Positions 18,301 through 27,821 of a stretch of DNA of 64,000 bases are shown here, in pieces. Each line of letters starts with the position of its first letter. Position 1 is the first letter of the stretch. The stretch is from a virus. A program made the position numbers and the translations under genes. The stretch lies in IMG/VR virus record IMGVR_UViG_2929074307_000005. One strand, 5' to 3'. The notes under the pieces were generated by a model, which ran no database searches, was not told the origin of the DNA, and saw only the letters and a program-made list of their open reading frames with translations.

Positions 18301-20052
18301 ATGCTAACCTTACGAAACTACCAGTCAGAAGCAATAGACGCCGTATTCGACTATTGGCAAGAGGAGGCAGGCAATCCGCTTGTTGATCTTGCGACGGGCT
18401 GCGGCAAGTCGTTGGTTATGGCGTCTTTGATCCAGCGCCTCGTTGAAGGCTGGCCTGATATGCGCGTGATGGTCGTCACCCACGTCGCGGAGCTGATCGA
18501 GCAGAATTATCTGGAATTGCTTGGCGTCTGGCCGTTTGCGCCTGCAGGCATCTATTCGGCTGGTTTGGGTCGTCGTGATGCGCGCAGTCAGATCGTTTTT
18601 GCCGGCATTCAGACTGTTCATAACAAGGCGCAGAAAATCGGTCACGTCGACGTCCTTATGGTCGACGAGTGCCACCTGATTCCGATCAACAGCAACACGA
18701 TGTATCGCAAGTTCATTGATGCGCTGCTCGAGATCAACCCGGACATGAAGATCCTCGGACTGACTGCCACACCTTATCGGCTCGACAGCGGTCGCTTGGA
18801 TGAGGGCGCGGATCGTCTGTTTGATCAGATCGTCTACACCTACGGAGTTGCTGACGGTATCCGCGACGGCTTCCTTGCTCCACTGACGAGCAAGCCGACA
18901 GCAACAGAATACGACGTTAAAGGCGTCGGGCGGCTTGGCGGCGACTACAAACAGCGCGCGCTGGAAGAGGCAATCAATCGAACAGACCTCAATGATGCTG
19001 TGGTTTCTGAGATCATAGCAAAGGGCGCTGATCGTCGCTCCTGGCTTTGTTTCTGCGCCGGTGTAAAGGCTGCGCTGGACGTGCGCGACGTCTTCAGATC
19101 TCGCGGCATTACATGCGAGGCCGTCACGGGGGATACTCCTAAGGAAGAACGCCGCCGCATCCTTGAGGACTTCAAAGCATACCGCATTCAATGTGTGACG
19201 AACAATTCAGTTCTTACGACAGGTTTCAATCATAAGGGTGTTGATTTAATTGCATTTATGCGCCCGACGCTGTCTTTGAGTTTGTACGTCCAAATGGCTG
19301 GGCGTGGCACTCGTCCGCTCTACAAGGCTGGTGCGCCACTGGATACGGTTGAGGAGCGGCTTACTGCTATCTCGGCAGGCCCTAAACGTAATTGCCTCGT
19401 CCTGGATTTCGCGAAGCTTGTCGATCGGCACGGCCCTGTCGACATGGTCGAGCCTAAAGCGCCAAGCGCTGGCAATGGGGAGCCGCCAATCAAGATCTGC
19501 CCGACAGTGCCAGACGACAATGGGGCGATTGGCTGCGGTGAGAAGGTGCACATCTCGCTGATGAAATGCCCATGTTGCGGATATGACTTCCCTCCTAACG
19601 AGGACGAGAAGCTAACCCGCCAAGCCGCTGACGTTCCGATTGTCAGCACCGCCGAAGCAGAATGGCGCAAGGTAACAGGCCGGACGTTTCACTTTCACGA
19701 AGGCAAGGGCGACAAGCCGCCTTCGGTCAAGTGCAGCTACATCGCAGGATATACGCAGATCAATGAATGGCTCTGCCCACAGCATAGCGGGTTTGCGCAA
19801 ACTAAGGCGCATCGATGGTGGACGCAGCATGGAGGCCAGCGGCCGTTTCCAAAGACGGTCATGGAGTGGCTTGAGCGCCAGCGCGAGTTGCTCACCACCG
19901 ACGAAATCAGCGTCGTGCCGAACGGCAAATACTGGAATGTGAAAGACGTGCGGGCTGGAGACGTAGCAGATAACGACAACGTTCCGGAGCCTGCGAATGA
20001 CAATGTGTCTGTTGGCCTTTCGGAGCTTCTAGACGACGAAATTCCATTTTGA
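18301..20052 (+). CDS. SF2 helicase with a zinc ribbon and a C-terminal SSB-tail-like DDEIPF
   Basis: GCGKS Walker A and DECH box. Zinc ribbon CPTVPDDNGAIGCGEK...CPCCGYDFP. C-terminus ...LLDDEIPF. Confidence 0.85.
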   Translation: MLTLRNYQSEAIDAVFDYWQEEAGNPLVDLATGCGKSLVMASLIQRLVEGWPDMRVMVVTHVAELIEQNYLELLGVWPFAPAGIYSAGLGRRDARSQIVFAGIQTVHNKAQKIGHVDVLMVDECHLIPINSNTMYRKFIDALLEINPDMKILGLTATPYRLDSGRLDEGADRLFDQIVYTYGVADGIRDGFLAPLTSKPTATEYDVKGVGRLGGDYKQRALEEAINRTDLNDAVVSEIIAKGADRRSWLCFCAGVKAALDVRDVFRSRGITCEAVTGDTPKEERRRILEDFKAYRIQCVTNNSVLTTGFNHKGVDLIAFMRPTLSLSLYVQMAGRGTRPLYKAGAPLDTVEERLTAISAGPKRNCLVLDFAKLVDRHGPVDMVEPKAPSAGNGEPPIKICPTVPDDNGAIGCGEKVHISLMKCPCCGYDFPPNEDEKLTRQAADVPIVSTAEAEWRKVTGRTFHFHEGKGDKPPSVKCSYIAGYTQINEWLCPQHSGFAQTKAHRWWTQHGGQRPFPKTVMEWLERQRELLTTDEISVVPNGKYWNVKDVRAGDVADNDNVPEPANDNVSVGLSELLDDEIPF

Positions 20053-20126
20053 GGCTTGCGCCGACTGACGACCCCACCACAATGAGCATTACCCGGCCTC
20101 ACCAGCCAACCACACGAGGAGAAAAC

Positions 20127-20882
20127 ATGAAGAATATCTACGCTGATAACTACGATCCTTACACCGCCAGAGGCATGGGGGACAACAACCCGCCGACCTC
20201 CGCATATGAAGAGATCAAACAGGAAATCGAAGACCTGTACGGAGAAGCTAAACTGTTTGCGGACGGCGAAGCCATCGACAATCAGGCACTCGCCGACGCC
20301 GTGACCGAACTGCACGACAAGTTGCATGAGGCTGGAAAGCGCGCCGACGAGGTTCGTAAGGACGAGGCAAAACCGCACGACGATGCCAAGGCCGAAATCC
20401 AGACGCGCTACAACAAGCTGATCGGCAACACGAAGACTTCAGGCAAGGGCAAGGTCGTGCTTGGCAAGGAAGTGCTGCAAGGACTTCTTACCCCGTGGCG
20501 CAATAAGGTCGCAGCAGAAAAGGAAGCTGCGGCACGTGCAGCGCGTGAGGAAGCCGATCGCGTAATTCGCGAGGCGCAGGAAGCCATACAGGCGAGTAAT
20601 GGCAATCTGGAAGCGCGCGAGCAGGCCGAGGAACTGGTCAAGGAAGCGAAACAGGCTGACCGCTGGGCGAAGCGCGAAGACAAGGCGGCAACGACTGGCA
20701 CTGGCCTTCGCTCGGTATGGCACTGCGATCTGGTTGATGAAGGTGTCGCGCTTGATTGGGCGTATGGCCGCGCGCCGGAGCGTTTCAAAGCTGTTGTGCA
20801 GGCCATGGCCGAGGAGACGGTACGCGCCGGTATGCGTCAGGTGCCGGGATTCAATGTGCGCGAGGAAAGGGTGGCTAGGTGA
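20127..20882 (+). CDS. Hypothetical coiled-coil protein
   Basis: caaccACACGAGGAGaaaacATG upstream. Confidence 0.5.
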   Translation: MKNIYADNYDPYTARGMGDNNPPTSAYEEIKQEIEDLYGEAKLFADGEAIDNQALADAVTELHDKLHEAGKRADEVRKDEAKPHDDAKAEIQTRYNKLIGNTKTSGKGKVVLGKEVLQGLLTPWRNKVAAEKEAAARAAREEADRVIREAQEAIQASNGNLEAREQAEELVKEAKQADRWAKREDKAATTGTGLRSVWHCDLVDEGVALDWAYGRAPERFKAVVQAMAEETVRAGMRQVPGFNVREERVAR

Positions 20883-21064
20883 TGGGTAAGCTAGATCCTG
20901 CGGATTATGTGCCAAGCATCAAACGCTTGCGAGAGCAAGGGATGGGGCTGGATGAGGCAAGGAAACAAGTGGATCGCCTATATCTGTTGAACGGCATAGA
21001 TAACGCGTCCAACTTCTTTGAGCTTCGGCAAGTCGTGCGAGCCTGCATGGAGAAGGTGTTGTGA
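20879..21064 (+). CDS. Hypothetical small protein
   Basis: Start overlaps the upstream stop. Confidence 0.4.
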   Translation: MMGKLDPADYVPSIKRLREQGMGLDEARKQVDRLYLLNGIDNASNFFELRQVVRACMEKVL

Positions 21065-21306
21065 GCTACGCTTGGCTGATGGCTCCGCACGAGTATGAGC
21101 CAAATTATGACGCGTACATCAATGAAATGTATTCGTTGGAAGAGGCAATGATTGACGTCGTCGCCTATGACGACTGGTTCCCCGAGCTCATTCGCCCGAT
21201 TGCAGCCGTGCAGCAAGGCGGTGCAGGGTTGCGTTGCAGTGAATGTGGAGAGCCGCAGTTCATGACCCCGCATGGCATATGCTGTGCAGCAAGGCAGCAC
21301 AGCTAG
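21061..21306 (+). CDS. Hypothetical protein with C-terminal CSECGEP...CC
   Basis: Coupled ORF. Confidence 0.4.
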   Translation: MSYAWLMAPHEYEPNYDAYINEMYSLEEAMIDVVAYDDWFPELIRPIAAVQQGGAGLRCSECGEPQFMTPHGICCAARQHS

Positions 21307-21366
21307 CCTTTAACCAACACCCGCCAGCCACCAACTGGCGGGTTACCACACACGAGGAGAGAATGA

Positions 21367-21939
21367 ATGCATGCACCGCTACCCAGCGGGCCTTTCGGCT
21401 GCGTCCTTGCGGACCCGCCATGGTCTTTCAGAACATACGGTAAAAAAGACGTCGCACCGGCACGAGGCCGTCAGCCTTACGGCGTGATGTCACTTGACGA
21501 TATCAAAGCACTGCCTGTCGAACAGGTATGTGCTCGCGACTGTTTGTTGTTCATGTGGACGGTTTCACATCTACAGGCTGCTGCGATCGAGGTGGCTGCC
21601 GCATGGGGCTTTAAGCCTGTTAGTGTTGCTTTTGTCTGGGACAAAGGCCGCATGGGCATGGGTTATTGGACACGGCAGGAAGTCGAAATCTGTCATCTGT
21701 TCAAGCGCGGTAAGCCTCGCCGTCTATCGAAAGGCGTGCGCTCCCTGATCAAGGCCCCGCGCCGCGAGCATTCCCGCAAGCCAGATGAGCAATACGGACG
21801 CATCGAGAGGCTGGTTGACGGTCCTTATCTCGAGCTCTTCGCTCGTCAGGCGTGGCCGGGCTGGTCTTCATGGGGCAACGAGTCTGATAAGTATGTTGCC
21901 GCAAACGATAATCAGGATTTGCTGGGGAGGGTGGCTTAA
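21367..21939 (+). CDS. N6-adenine DNA methyltransferase, MT-A70 family
   Basis: DPPW motif (CVLADPPWSF); conserved initiation element upstream. Confidence 0.8.
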   Translation: MHAPLPSGPFGCVLADPPWSFRTYGKKDVAPARGRQPYGVMSLDDIKALPVEQVCARDCLLFMWTVSHLQAAAIEVAAAWGFKPVSVAFVWDKGRMGMGYWTRQEVEICHLFKRGKPRRLSKGVRSLIKAPRREHSRKPDEQYGRIERLVDGPYLELFARQAWPGWSSWGNESDKYVAANDNQDLLGRVA

Positions 21940-22751
21940 TGGCGAAGCTCTCCAAGGCGCAGGCGAAAACACACACTCAAGCAGTTGCTATCCTTCAGCA
22001 AGAACAGTTGTCGGAAGATGATAAGGAATTCGTATATCGCAACTGGAACGAGGGCGCGAACCACGTAAACGGCGCAGCTGGTGCATTCTTCACCCCATTC
22101 GATATGGCGTTTGATTTTGCGATAGATGCTGGCGGCGGTCGCATTATTGACCTGTGTGCTGGGATTGGAATGCTCTCTTACGCCATTTGGCAGCGTAGCC
22201 GTTTCAACGACAATAGGCCGCAAATTACCTGCGTCGAGCGTAATGCCGATTATCTTGAGGTCGGGAAAAAGTTGCTGCCAGAAGCAGAATGGATTCACGC
22301 TGACGTATTTGATGTTCTCGATATGGGACTGGGGCACTTCGATACTGCGATTAGCAACCCTCCGTTCGGAAATATCAAGCGGACCAGAAACTCTCCGAGA
22401 TACAGCGGCAAGGATTTCGAATTCCATGTAATTGATATTGCGTCACATTTAGCGGACTACGGCACGTTCATCGTTCCCCAAATGTCGGCAGGCTTCAATT
22501 ATTCCGGGCGGAATAGCTATGAGCGTCAGACCAGTGGCAAAGCCGTTAAGTTTCAGGAGTTGACCGGTCTGCATTTCGATGCAGGCTGCGGCGTCGATAC
22601 TGCCTATTTCATCGATCAGTGGAAAGGCGTCTCTCCAATGTGCGAGATCGTTTGCGTTGAATTTACAGATGCGCCCGTCGTTGCCGCGAAAGCGCAACCG
22701 GCGAACGACAATGTGTCAGCTCAGCCCAGCCTCTTCGGTGACGCAGCATGA
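21939..22751 (+). CDS. N6-adenine DNA methyltransferase (NPPF class)
   Basis: SAM-binding IDLCAGIGMLS and catalytic ISNPPFG; C-terminus ...PANDNVSAQPSLFGDAA. Confidence 0.75.
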   Translation: MAKLSKAQAKTHTQAVAILQQEQLSEDDKEFVYRNWNEGANHVNGAAGAFFTPFDMAFDFAIDAGGGRIIDLCAGIGMLSYAIWQRSRFNDNRPQITCVERNADYLEVGKKLLPEAEWIHADVFDVLDMGLGHFDTAISNPPFGNIKRTRNSPRYSGKDFEFHVIDIASHLADYGTFIVPQMSAGFNYSGRNSYERQTSGKAVKFQELTGLHFDAGCGVDTAYFIDQWKGVSPMCEIVCVEFTDAPVVAAKAQPANDNVSAQPSLFGDAA

Positions 22752-23065
22752 GCCATCCAGATCAATGTCACGTCTGCTTCCGTCACGCCGTGGGACTCGG
22801 GGTGCAGGAGGGCAAGGAACCGATCCGCTGGCTATGCAAGGAGTGCGCAGACATTGCCGAGCATATCCGTTCCCGACGCAGGATGGACCCTTACGAACTG
22901 CGGGCCCTTGATACCGGCGTTGAGGCGGTTGGGGAGTTTTTGCAGTCCATACAGAAAACCGACCTCGCCGACTGCGATGAGCTTGAAGCGCGCATTCTGG
23001 TGAAAACAGCGTGGGAGGCTTGCGGGCGAGGGATGAGGGAAGCACTGAAGGAGGCGCCGTTTTGA
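22748..23065 (+). CDS. Hypothetical Cys-rich protein (CHVC...CKEC)
   Basis: ATGA overlap with the upstream gene. Confidence 0.45.
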   Translation: MSHPDQCHVCFRHAVGLGVQEGKEPIRWLCKECADIAEHIRSRRRMDPYELRALDTGVEAVGEFLQSIQKTDLADCDELEARILVKTAWEACGRGMREALKEAPF

Positions 23066-24093
23066 CCGCCTACTACAACGAATTCGATCCTAAAGCTGCC
23101 GCTTGGCTGCGCGAGCTGATCAAAGCAGGACACATAGCCCCGGGAGATGTTGATGAGCGTTCAATTGTCGATATTCGACCTGCCGACCTCGTCGGATACA
23201 CACAATGTCACTTCTTTGCCGGTATCGGCGTCTGGTCCTACGCATTGCGTCGAGCAGGATGGCACGACGACCGTCCTGTCTGGACAGGTTCATGTCCCTG
23301 CCAACCTTTCAGCGCGGCAGGCAAAGGAGATGGGTTTGCTGACGAGCGGCACCTATGGCCGCACTTCCACTGGCTTATTCAAAACTGCCGACCTGCAGTC
23401 GTCTTTGGCGAGCAAGTTGCGAGCAAGGACGGACTCGGCTGGCTCGACCTTGTACAAGCTGACCTGGAAGGATCGGGCTACGCCAGCGGGGCGGTCGATA
23501 CCTGCGCTGCGGGCTTCGGTGCGCCGCACATCAGACAGCGCCTCTATTGGGTGGCCCACGCCGACGACACGCGATCACAAGGACGGAGGGGAGTGTCAGA
23601 ACGTTCCGCTGAACGCATTGTTGGGGCGAGTGGCGTGGCTGACTGGATGGCCGACGGCGAGATGTGGGGGCAATCCGGAGGGGTACGGGAACGCCGATCG
23701 TCAGAATGGACCGAGAGGAAGGTTGGAGGACACCGTGCCACTGGCAGGTTGGCCGACAACGACAACGACGGACGCATTGCGCCACCCATCACCGAACTTC
23801 AAAACAAAGAACGTCACACTGAACCACGCAGCAGCAATGGCAGGCCCGGCCCGACTAACGGCCACTGGTCAGATGCTGACTGGCTCTTTTGCCGGGATGG
23901 AAAGTGGCGGCCAGTTGAACCCGGCACATTCCCGCTGGCTCATGGGTCTGCCGCCAGAGTGGGACGATTGCGCGGTTACGGCAATGCAATCAATGCCGAG
24001 CAAGCGCAAGCGTTCATCGAAGCGTATCGCGAAACCGAATTAGTTGCAGCCAACGACAATCACTGCAGCAATACGCTGTGGCCCTCCGCATAG
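23062..24093 (+). CDS. DNA cytosine-5 methyltransferase
   Basis: Motif I FFAGIGV, motif [11 protein letters not shown], and a QxRxR-like HIRQRLY. Start uncertain (TTG 23062). Confidence 0.7.
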   Translation: MTAYYNEFDPKAAAWLRELIKAGHIAPGDVDERSIVDIRPADLVGYTQCHFFAGIGVWSYALRRAGWHDDRPVWTGSCPCQPFSAAGKGDGFADERHLWPHFHWLIQNCRPAVVFGEQVASKDGLGWLDLVQADLEGSGYASGAVDTCAAGFGAPHIRQRLYWVAHADDTRSQGRRGVSERSAERIVGASGVADWMADGEMWGQSGGVRERRSSEWTERKVGGHRATGRLADNDNDGRIAPPITELQNKERHTEPRSSNGRPGPTNGHWSDADWLFCRDGKWRPVEPGTFPLAHGSAARVGRLRGYGNAINAEQAQAFIEAYRETELVAANDNHCSNTLWPSA

Positions 24094-24248
24094 AGATGGT
24101 TGACTAGGCCAGCGGTATAGTTGGCCTGCCACTGCTCAAACCCGGTTTGAACGTTACCGCCGAGCTCGGCTACTTGTTCCGTCACTTTATCAATAACGGC
24201 CCAGGTTCCGTCTGGCATTTCTCGAATGCTGTATCTGGCTTCGTTCAT
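24060..24248 (-). CDS. Small hypothetical protein antisense between the C5-methyltransferase and the primase
   Basis: ggagaaaacgaATG on the minus strand; overlaps the methyltransferase 3' end by ~34 nt. Confidence 0.4.
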   Translation of the reverse strand: MNEARYSIREMPDGTWAVIDKVTEQVAELGGNVQTGFEQWQANYTAGLVNHLYAEGHSVLLQ

Positions 24249-24271
24249 TCGTTTTCTCCAAGGAAACAAAC

Positions 24272-26452
24272 ATGCATACTAACATCACGTCCGTTGTCGA
24301 AGAAGACCCAATGCTCGATGTTGCGTTGTCGTATCAGGCACAAAACTGGCCCGTTTTCCCATGCCGCCACCGCGACGAGGAGATTATCGACCCGCAAACC
24401 GGCGAAATTGAAATCCTTGCCACCAAGACCCCGCTGACCAGCAACGGGTTCCGTGGCGCGACGCTGAATGAGCGCATCGTCCGTGAATACTGGCGCCGCA
24501 ACCCTTACGCAATGATTGGCGTGCCAACAGGTGCGCCTATAGGTGCATGGGTTCTAGATATCGACCCGAAACACGGCGGCGACGAAACGCTTGCCGCGCT
24601 TGAGGCCGCACACGGCGCGCTACCTGCTACGCTAACCGCAGAAACCACGAGCGGCGGACGGCACTATTTCTTTCGTCATCGGCAGGGCGTTCGCAACCGT
24701 GGCGCGCTTGGCTCCGGCGTCGACGTGCGCGGTGACGGTGGTTATGTCATTGCGGCCGGCAGCGTGCCCGAGGTTGGCCTGCCTTACCGTTGGATATCTG
24801 AGCAAGAGCCGATCGACGCGCCAGACTGGTTGCTGGAACTGGTGCTGCCGCGCTCATATGAGAGCACATACACCGCAGCACCGTCTGTTAGCGGCAAGAT
24901 CAATGACCGCTATGTCGAGCGTGCAGTTCAATCTGAGCTGGACGATCTTGCGCTTGAACCGATGGGTAATCGCAACAACCGGCTGAACGACGCCGCGTTT
25001 CGTTTGGGCACGTTCGTTGGAGCCGGAGCTCTGGCTGAATCCGAAGCACGCGCTCTGCTACAAGACGTGGCACGAGGTTGGGGCCGGGACTGGCCGCGCT
25101 GTGTAAAGACGATCGACAACGGACTTGCTGCCGGTGCCCGCAGCCCGCGTAGTGTGCCACAGAACGACAACGATAACACGCGTCTGGTCGATATCAGCCG
25201 TATGATTGCCAATGGACTGGCGAAAGCGGAGGCGCGCACCGACGTGGTCGCAGAGCCAGTTTCGGATTTCGATTCATCTATAAACCAACAGGAACAAACT
25301 ACTGAAAATAAACGCGCAATCATTGCTACGCCATTCGTATGGAAAGACCCGGCGACGCTTCCACGGCGCGAGTTTGCATTCGGTAAGCACTTCATTCGCA
25401 AGTATGTGTCGGTGACGGTCGCGCCGGGCGGTCTCGGCAAAACTGCGAACAGCATCGTCGAAGCATTGGCCATGGCGTCGGGTAAAGCGCTCAATGGCAC
25501 GAAGCCGCCGAAGCGTCTTAAGGTCTGGTTGTTCAATGCCGAAGATCCGCGCGACGAGCTTGAGCGCCGCATTATGGCCGCTTGTATTCATTTCAATCTG
25601 AAGCCAGCAGATATCGACGGGCATCTGTTTCTAGACACAGGCCGCGAGCAGGAATTGGTCATTGCGATCGATGACAAGAAAGGCGTGCGGATTCAGGAAC
25701 CCGTCGTTGAAGCTGTTGTTGAAACGATCTCGGAGCTTGGCATTGACGTGATGATTGTTGACCCGTTCGTGTCGACGCACCAAGTCAATGAAAACGACAA
25801 CGGCGCAATCGACAAGGTGGCCAAGCTTTGGGCGCAGGTAGCGGATCGAACAAACTGCTCAATCGATATCGTGCATCATCTGCGAAAGGTGAGCGATCGT
25901 GAAGCAACTGTTGAAGACGCTCGCGGTGCGGTTTCGCTGATCGGTGCGGCACGTTCGGTGCGCGTGCTTAACCGTATGTCGGAAGCGCAAGCCAGTGAAG
26001 CTGGCCTTACACATGAAGCGCGGTTTTCATATTTCAGCGTGGTCTATGGCAAGTCGAACTTGTCAGCACTGTCGCACAAGGCTGACTGGCGCAAGCTGGA
26101 AAGTGTCGCGCTGGGGAACGGGCAGGGCCTGACCAAGCCTCAAGACCATGCGCCGGTCGTGACGTCATGGGCATGGCCGACAAGTGAGGAAGTTGCTGAG
26201 ACATTGACCGAGGACGAACGCGACGCAATCCGGGGTGTTGTGAACGGCGGCATGTATAAGCCGGCACCGCAGGCCAAGGATTGGGTAGGGCGCGCCGTTG
26301 CGTATGCACTGCAGCTGGACGTCGACGAAGAGACGGAAAAGAAGCGGGTGGGCATGATCACCAAAGCGCTGTTTGCAGAGGGCTTCCTAATGAAGGTGGA
26401 AGACCGGGACCCTGTTCAACGCAGGGCCACGACGTTTGTTCGAGCGATGTGA
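24272..26452 (+). CDS. Bifunctional primase-polymerase (PrimPol N-domain) fused to a RecA-like/AAA_25 ATPase domain
   Basis: PrimPol motifs DIDPKHGG and GYVIAAGS; P-loop APGGLGKT; phage P4-alpha-like organisation. Confidence 0.8.
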   Translation: MHTNITSVVEEDPMLDVALSYQAQNWPVFPCRHRDEEIIDPQTGEIEILATKTPLTSNGFRGATLNERIVREYWRRNPYAMIGVPTGAPIGAWVLDIDPKHGGDETLAALEAAHGALPATLTAETTSGGRHYFFRHRQGVRNRGALGSGVDVRGDGGYVIAAGSVPEVGLPYRWISEQEPIDAPDWLLELVLPRSYESTYTAAPSVSGKINDRYVERAVQSELDDLALEPMGNRNNRLNDAAFRLGTFVGAGALAESEARALLQDVARGWGRDWPRCVKTIDNGLAAGARSPRSVPQNDNDNTRLVDISRMIANGLAKAEARTDVVAEPVSDFDSSINQQEQTTENKRAIIATPFVWKDPATLPRREFAFGKHFIRKYVSVTVAPGGLGKTANSIVEALAMASGKALNGTKPPKRLKVWLFNAEDPRDELERRIMAACIHFNLKPADIDGHLFLDTGREQELVIAIDDKKGVRIQEPVVEAVVETISELGIDVMIVDPFVSTHQVNENDNGAIDKVAKLWAQVADRTNCSIDIVHHLRKVSDREATVEDARGAVSLIGAARSVRVLNRMSEAQASEAGLTHEARFSYFSVVYGKSNLSALSHKADWRKLESVALGNGQGLTKPQDHAPVVTSWAWPTSEEVAETLTEDERDAIRGVVNGGMYKPAPQAKDWVGRAVAYALQLDVDEETEKKRVGMITKALFAEGFLMKVEDRDPVQRRATTFVRAM

Positions 26453-26455
26453 AAA

Positions 26456-26481
26456 GAGCGCCCTACGGGGCGCTTTTTTTG
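26456..26481 (+). terminator. Rho-independent terminator after the primase
   Basis: GAGCGCCC-tacg-GGGCGCTC stem followed by T7. Confidence 0.7.
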
Positions 26482-26600
26482 TTAGATCGACGCACGGTTT
26501 ATCCAAAAGTATTCTGAAATGGCTTGCTTGCTCCCACTAATCTGGTTGATCGGTCGAAAACAAAGATCTATTGAAAGAAGGGGATAACAGGCGGGGTAAA

Positions 26601-26930
26601 ATGACTAGGTTTTTTCTGTTCTTCTTGATTTCTTGCACTTTGATCTCTGGAGTAAACGCTGCTGTTTATGAGACTTTGAACAAACTGCCGGATAAAATGA
26701 GGATGCTATACATCACTGGGATGGGCGAAGGGTTCATGTGGTCCAGTGCAGCAGTTAAAAACAATTACGATAAGATATACTGCCCACCGCAACACATCGG
26801 GTTGAATGGGGATCAATACGTGGCAGTGCTTGACGGATTTGTTAAAAGGCATCCAGAAATGGAGGCAGATAAAATGGAGATAGGCCACCTCATGTATACG
26901 GCTCTTCAAGAGAGCTTTCCGTGCAAATAA
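26601..26930 (+). CDS. Small secreted protein (signal peptide) in a low-GC island
   Basis: MTRFFLFFLISCTLISGVNA signal-like N-terminus; AT-rich. Confidence 0.5.
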   Translation: MTRFFLFFLISCTLISGVNAAVYETLNKLPDKMRMLYITGMGEGFMWSSAAVKNNYDKIYCPPQHIGLNGDQYVAVLDGFVKRHPEMEADKMEIGHLMYTALQESFPCK

Positions 26931-26987
26931 TACTGTTTAAGTGGCTGGGTACAACCCGCTGTCACAATCAAAATACAACCATAGGTA

Positions 26988-27135
26988 ACGCGTAAGTCTT
27001 GTTGCGTAAGTCTCAAAAAACCTAAAAAGACTTGCGCAAAAGCACGCTGCTTTTAGTGCGTAAGAGTTCTTATATAGAAACTTACGCACAAAGCGCGCAG
27101 CGCGTAGTTCTATGCGTTTGAGAACTACGCACTTT
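26988..27135. repeat. Iteron-like array: GCGTAAG(T/A) repeats in both orientations, plus a 10-bp inverted repeat GCGTAGTTCT...AGAACTACGC
   Basis: At least five copies of GCGTAAG or its reverse complement within 150 bp; perfect inverted arms at 27102-27131. Confidence 0.5.
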
Positions 27136-27311
27136 TTAGAAAATTTCCTGATTGAAAAATACAACCTGATTTGAGGTTGGTTGAAATTATGCCGGTTGAC
27201 GCTTGACCGACCTGTCACTCCCGCCATGATGTGAATTGTTCCGCTACCAACGGGACAACCGCAACGGAAGCCCACCAAGCTGACGCACCATGAAAACGAG
27301 GAGAGACACGG

Positions 27312-27821
27312 ATGCGAAACATCTGGTTTATGAGCGATACCCATTTTGGGCACGCGAACATCATCAAATACAGCCGAACGCAGTTCGATAGCGTTGATGA
27401 GATGGAAAGCGCCATCATCGAGCGCTGGAATGAAAAGGTGAGTAAGCAAGACCTGGTTTATCATCTCGGAGATTTTGCATGGTCGGCAAAAGACGCAAAG
27501 CGCGTCAGACCTAAACTCAATGGCTCCATTCGCCTGATTGTTGGCAATCATGATGACATTCCTGCGCTGGCATCTGCTGGACTATTCCAAAGAATTCAGA
27601 TGTGGCGTCAGTTTTCCGAAATCGGAGTAACTGCATCGCACTTACCAATGAGGCGAGAACAAATCCGCCACGGCAGTATGAACGTCCATGGCCACGTACA
27701 CGGCAATACCAGTGGGTTGGAAAACTTTCATTTCGATGTATCTGCGGAAAGCGTGAATTATTCGCCAGTCCATTTCGACGAGATTGCAGACTGGGCTAAT
27801 TCGAACAGGGCATCATCATGA
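27312..27821 (+). CDS. Calcineurin-like metallophosphoesterase
   Basis: DTHFGH, GDF and GNHD motifs; aaaACGAGGAGagacacggATG upstream. Confidence 0.8.
   Translation: MRNIWFMSDTHFGHANIIKYSRTQFDSVDEMESAIIERWNEKVSKQDLVYHLGDFAWSAKDAKRVRPKLNGSIRLIVGNHDDIPALASAGLFQRIQMWRQFSEIGVTASHLPMRREQIRHGSMNVHGHVHGNTSGLENFHFDVSAESVNYSPVHFDEIADWANSNRASS

Noticed and set aside
19737-20378. 213-aa minus-strand ORF
   Set aside because: It is antisense to the helicase 3' end and the next plus-strand gene, both of which carry strong initiation elements.
23147-24043. Alternative plus-strand frame (298 aa) inside the C5-methyltransferase region
   Set aside because: The methyltransferase motifs (FxGxG, PCQ, QxRxR) all lie in the 23062..24093 frame. 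The alternative frame is Ser/Thr/Ala/Arg-rich low-complexity sequence.
26988-27135. Possible CRISPR array
   Set aside because: The repeats are short (7-11 bp), in mixed orientation and irregularly spaced, and there are no cas genes. They are better explained as iterons or operators.
26937-27551. 204-aa minus-strand ORF
   Set aside because: It spans the AT-rich iteron-like repeat region and overlaps the well-supported phosphoesterase gene on the other strand. It has no ribosome-binding site and looks like low-complexity translation. Treated as spurious.
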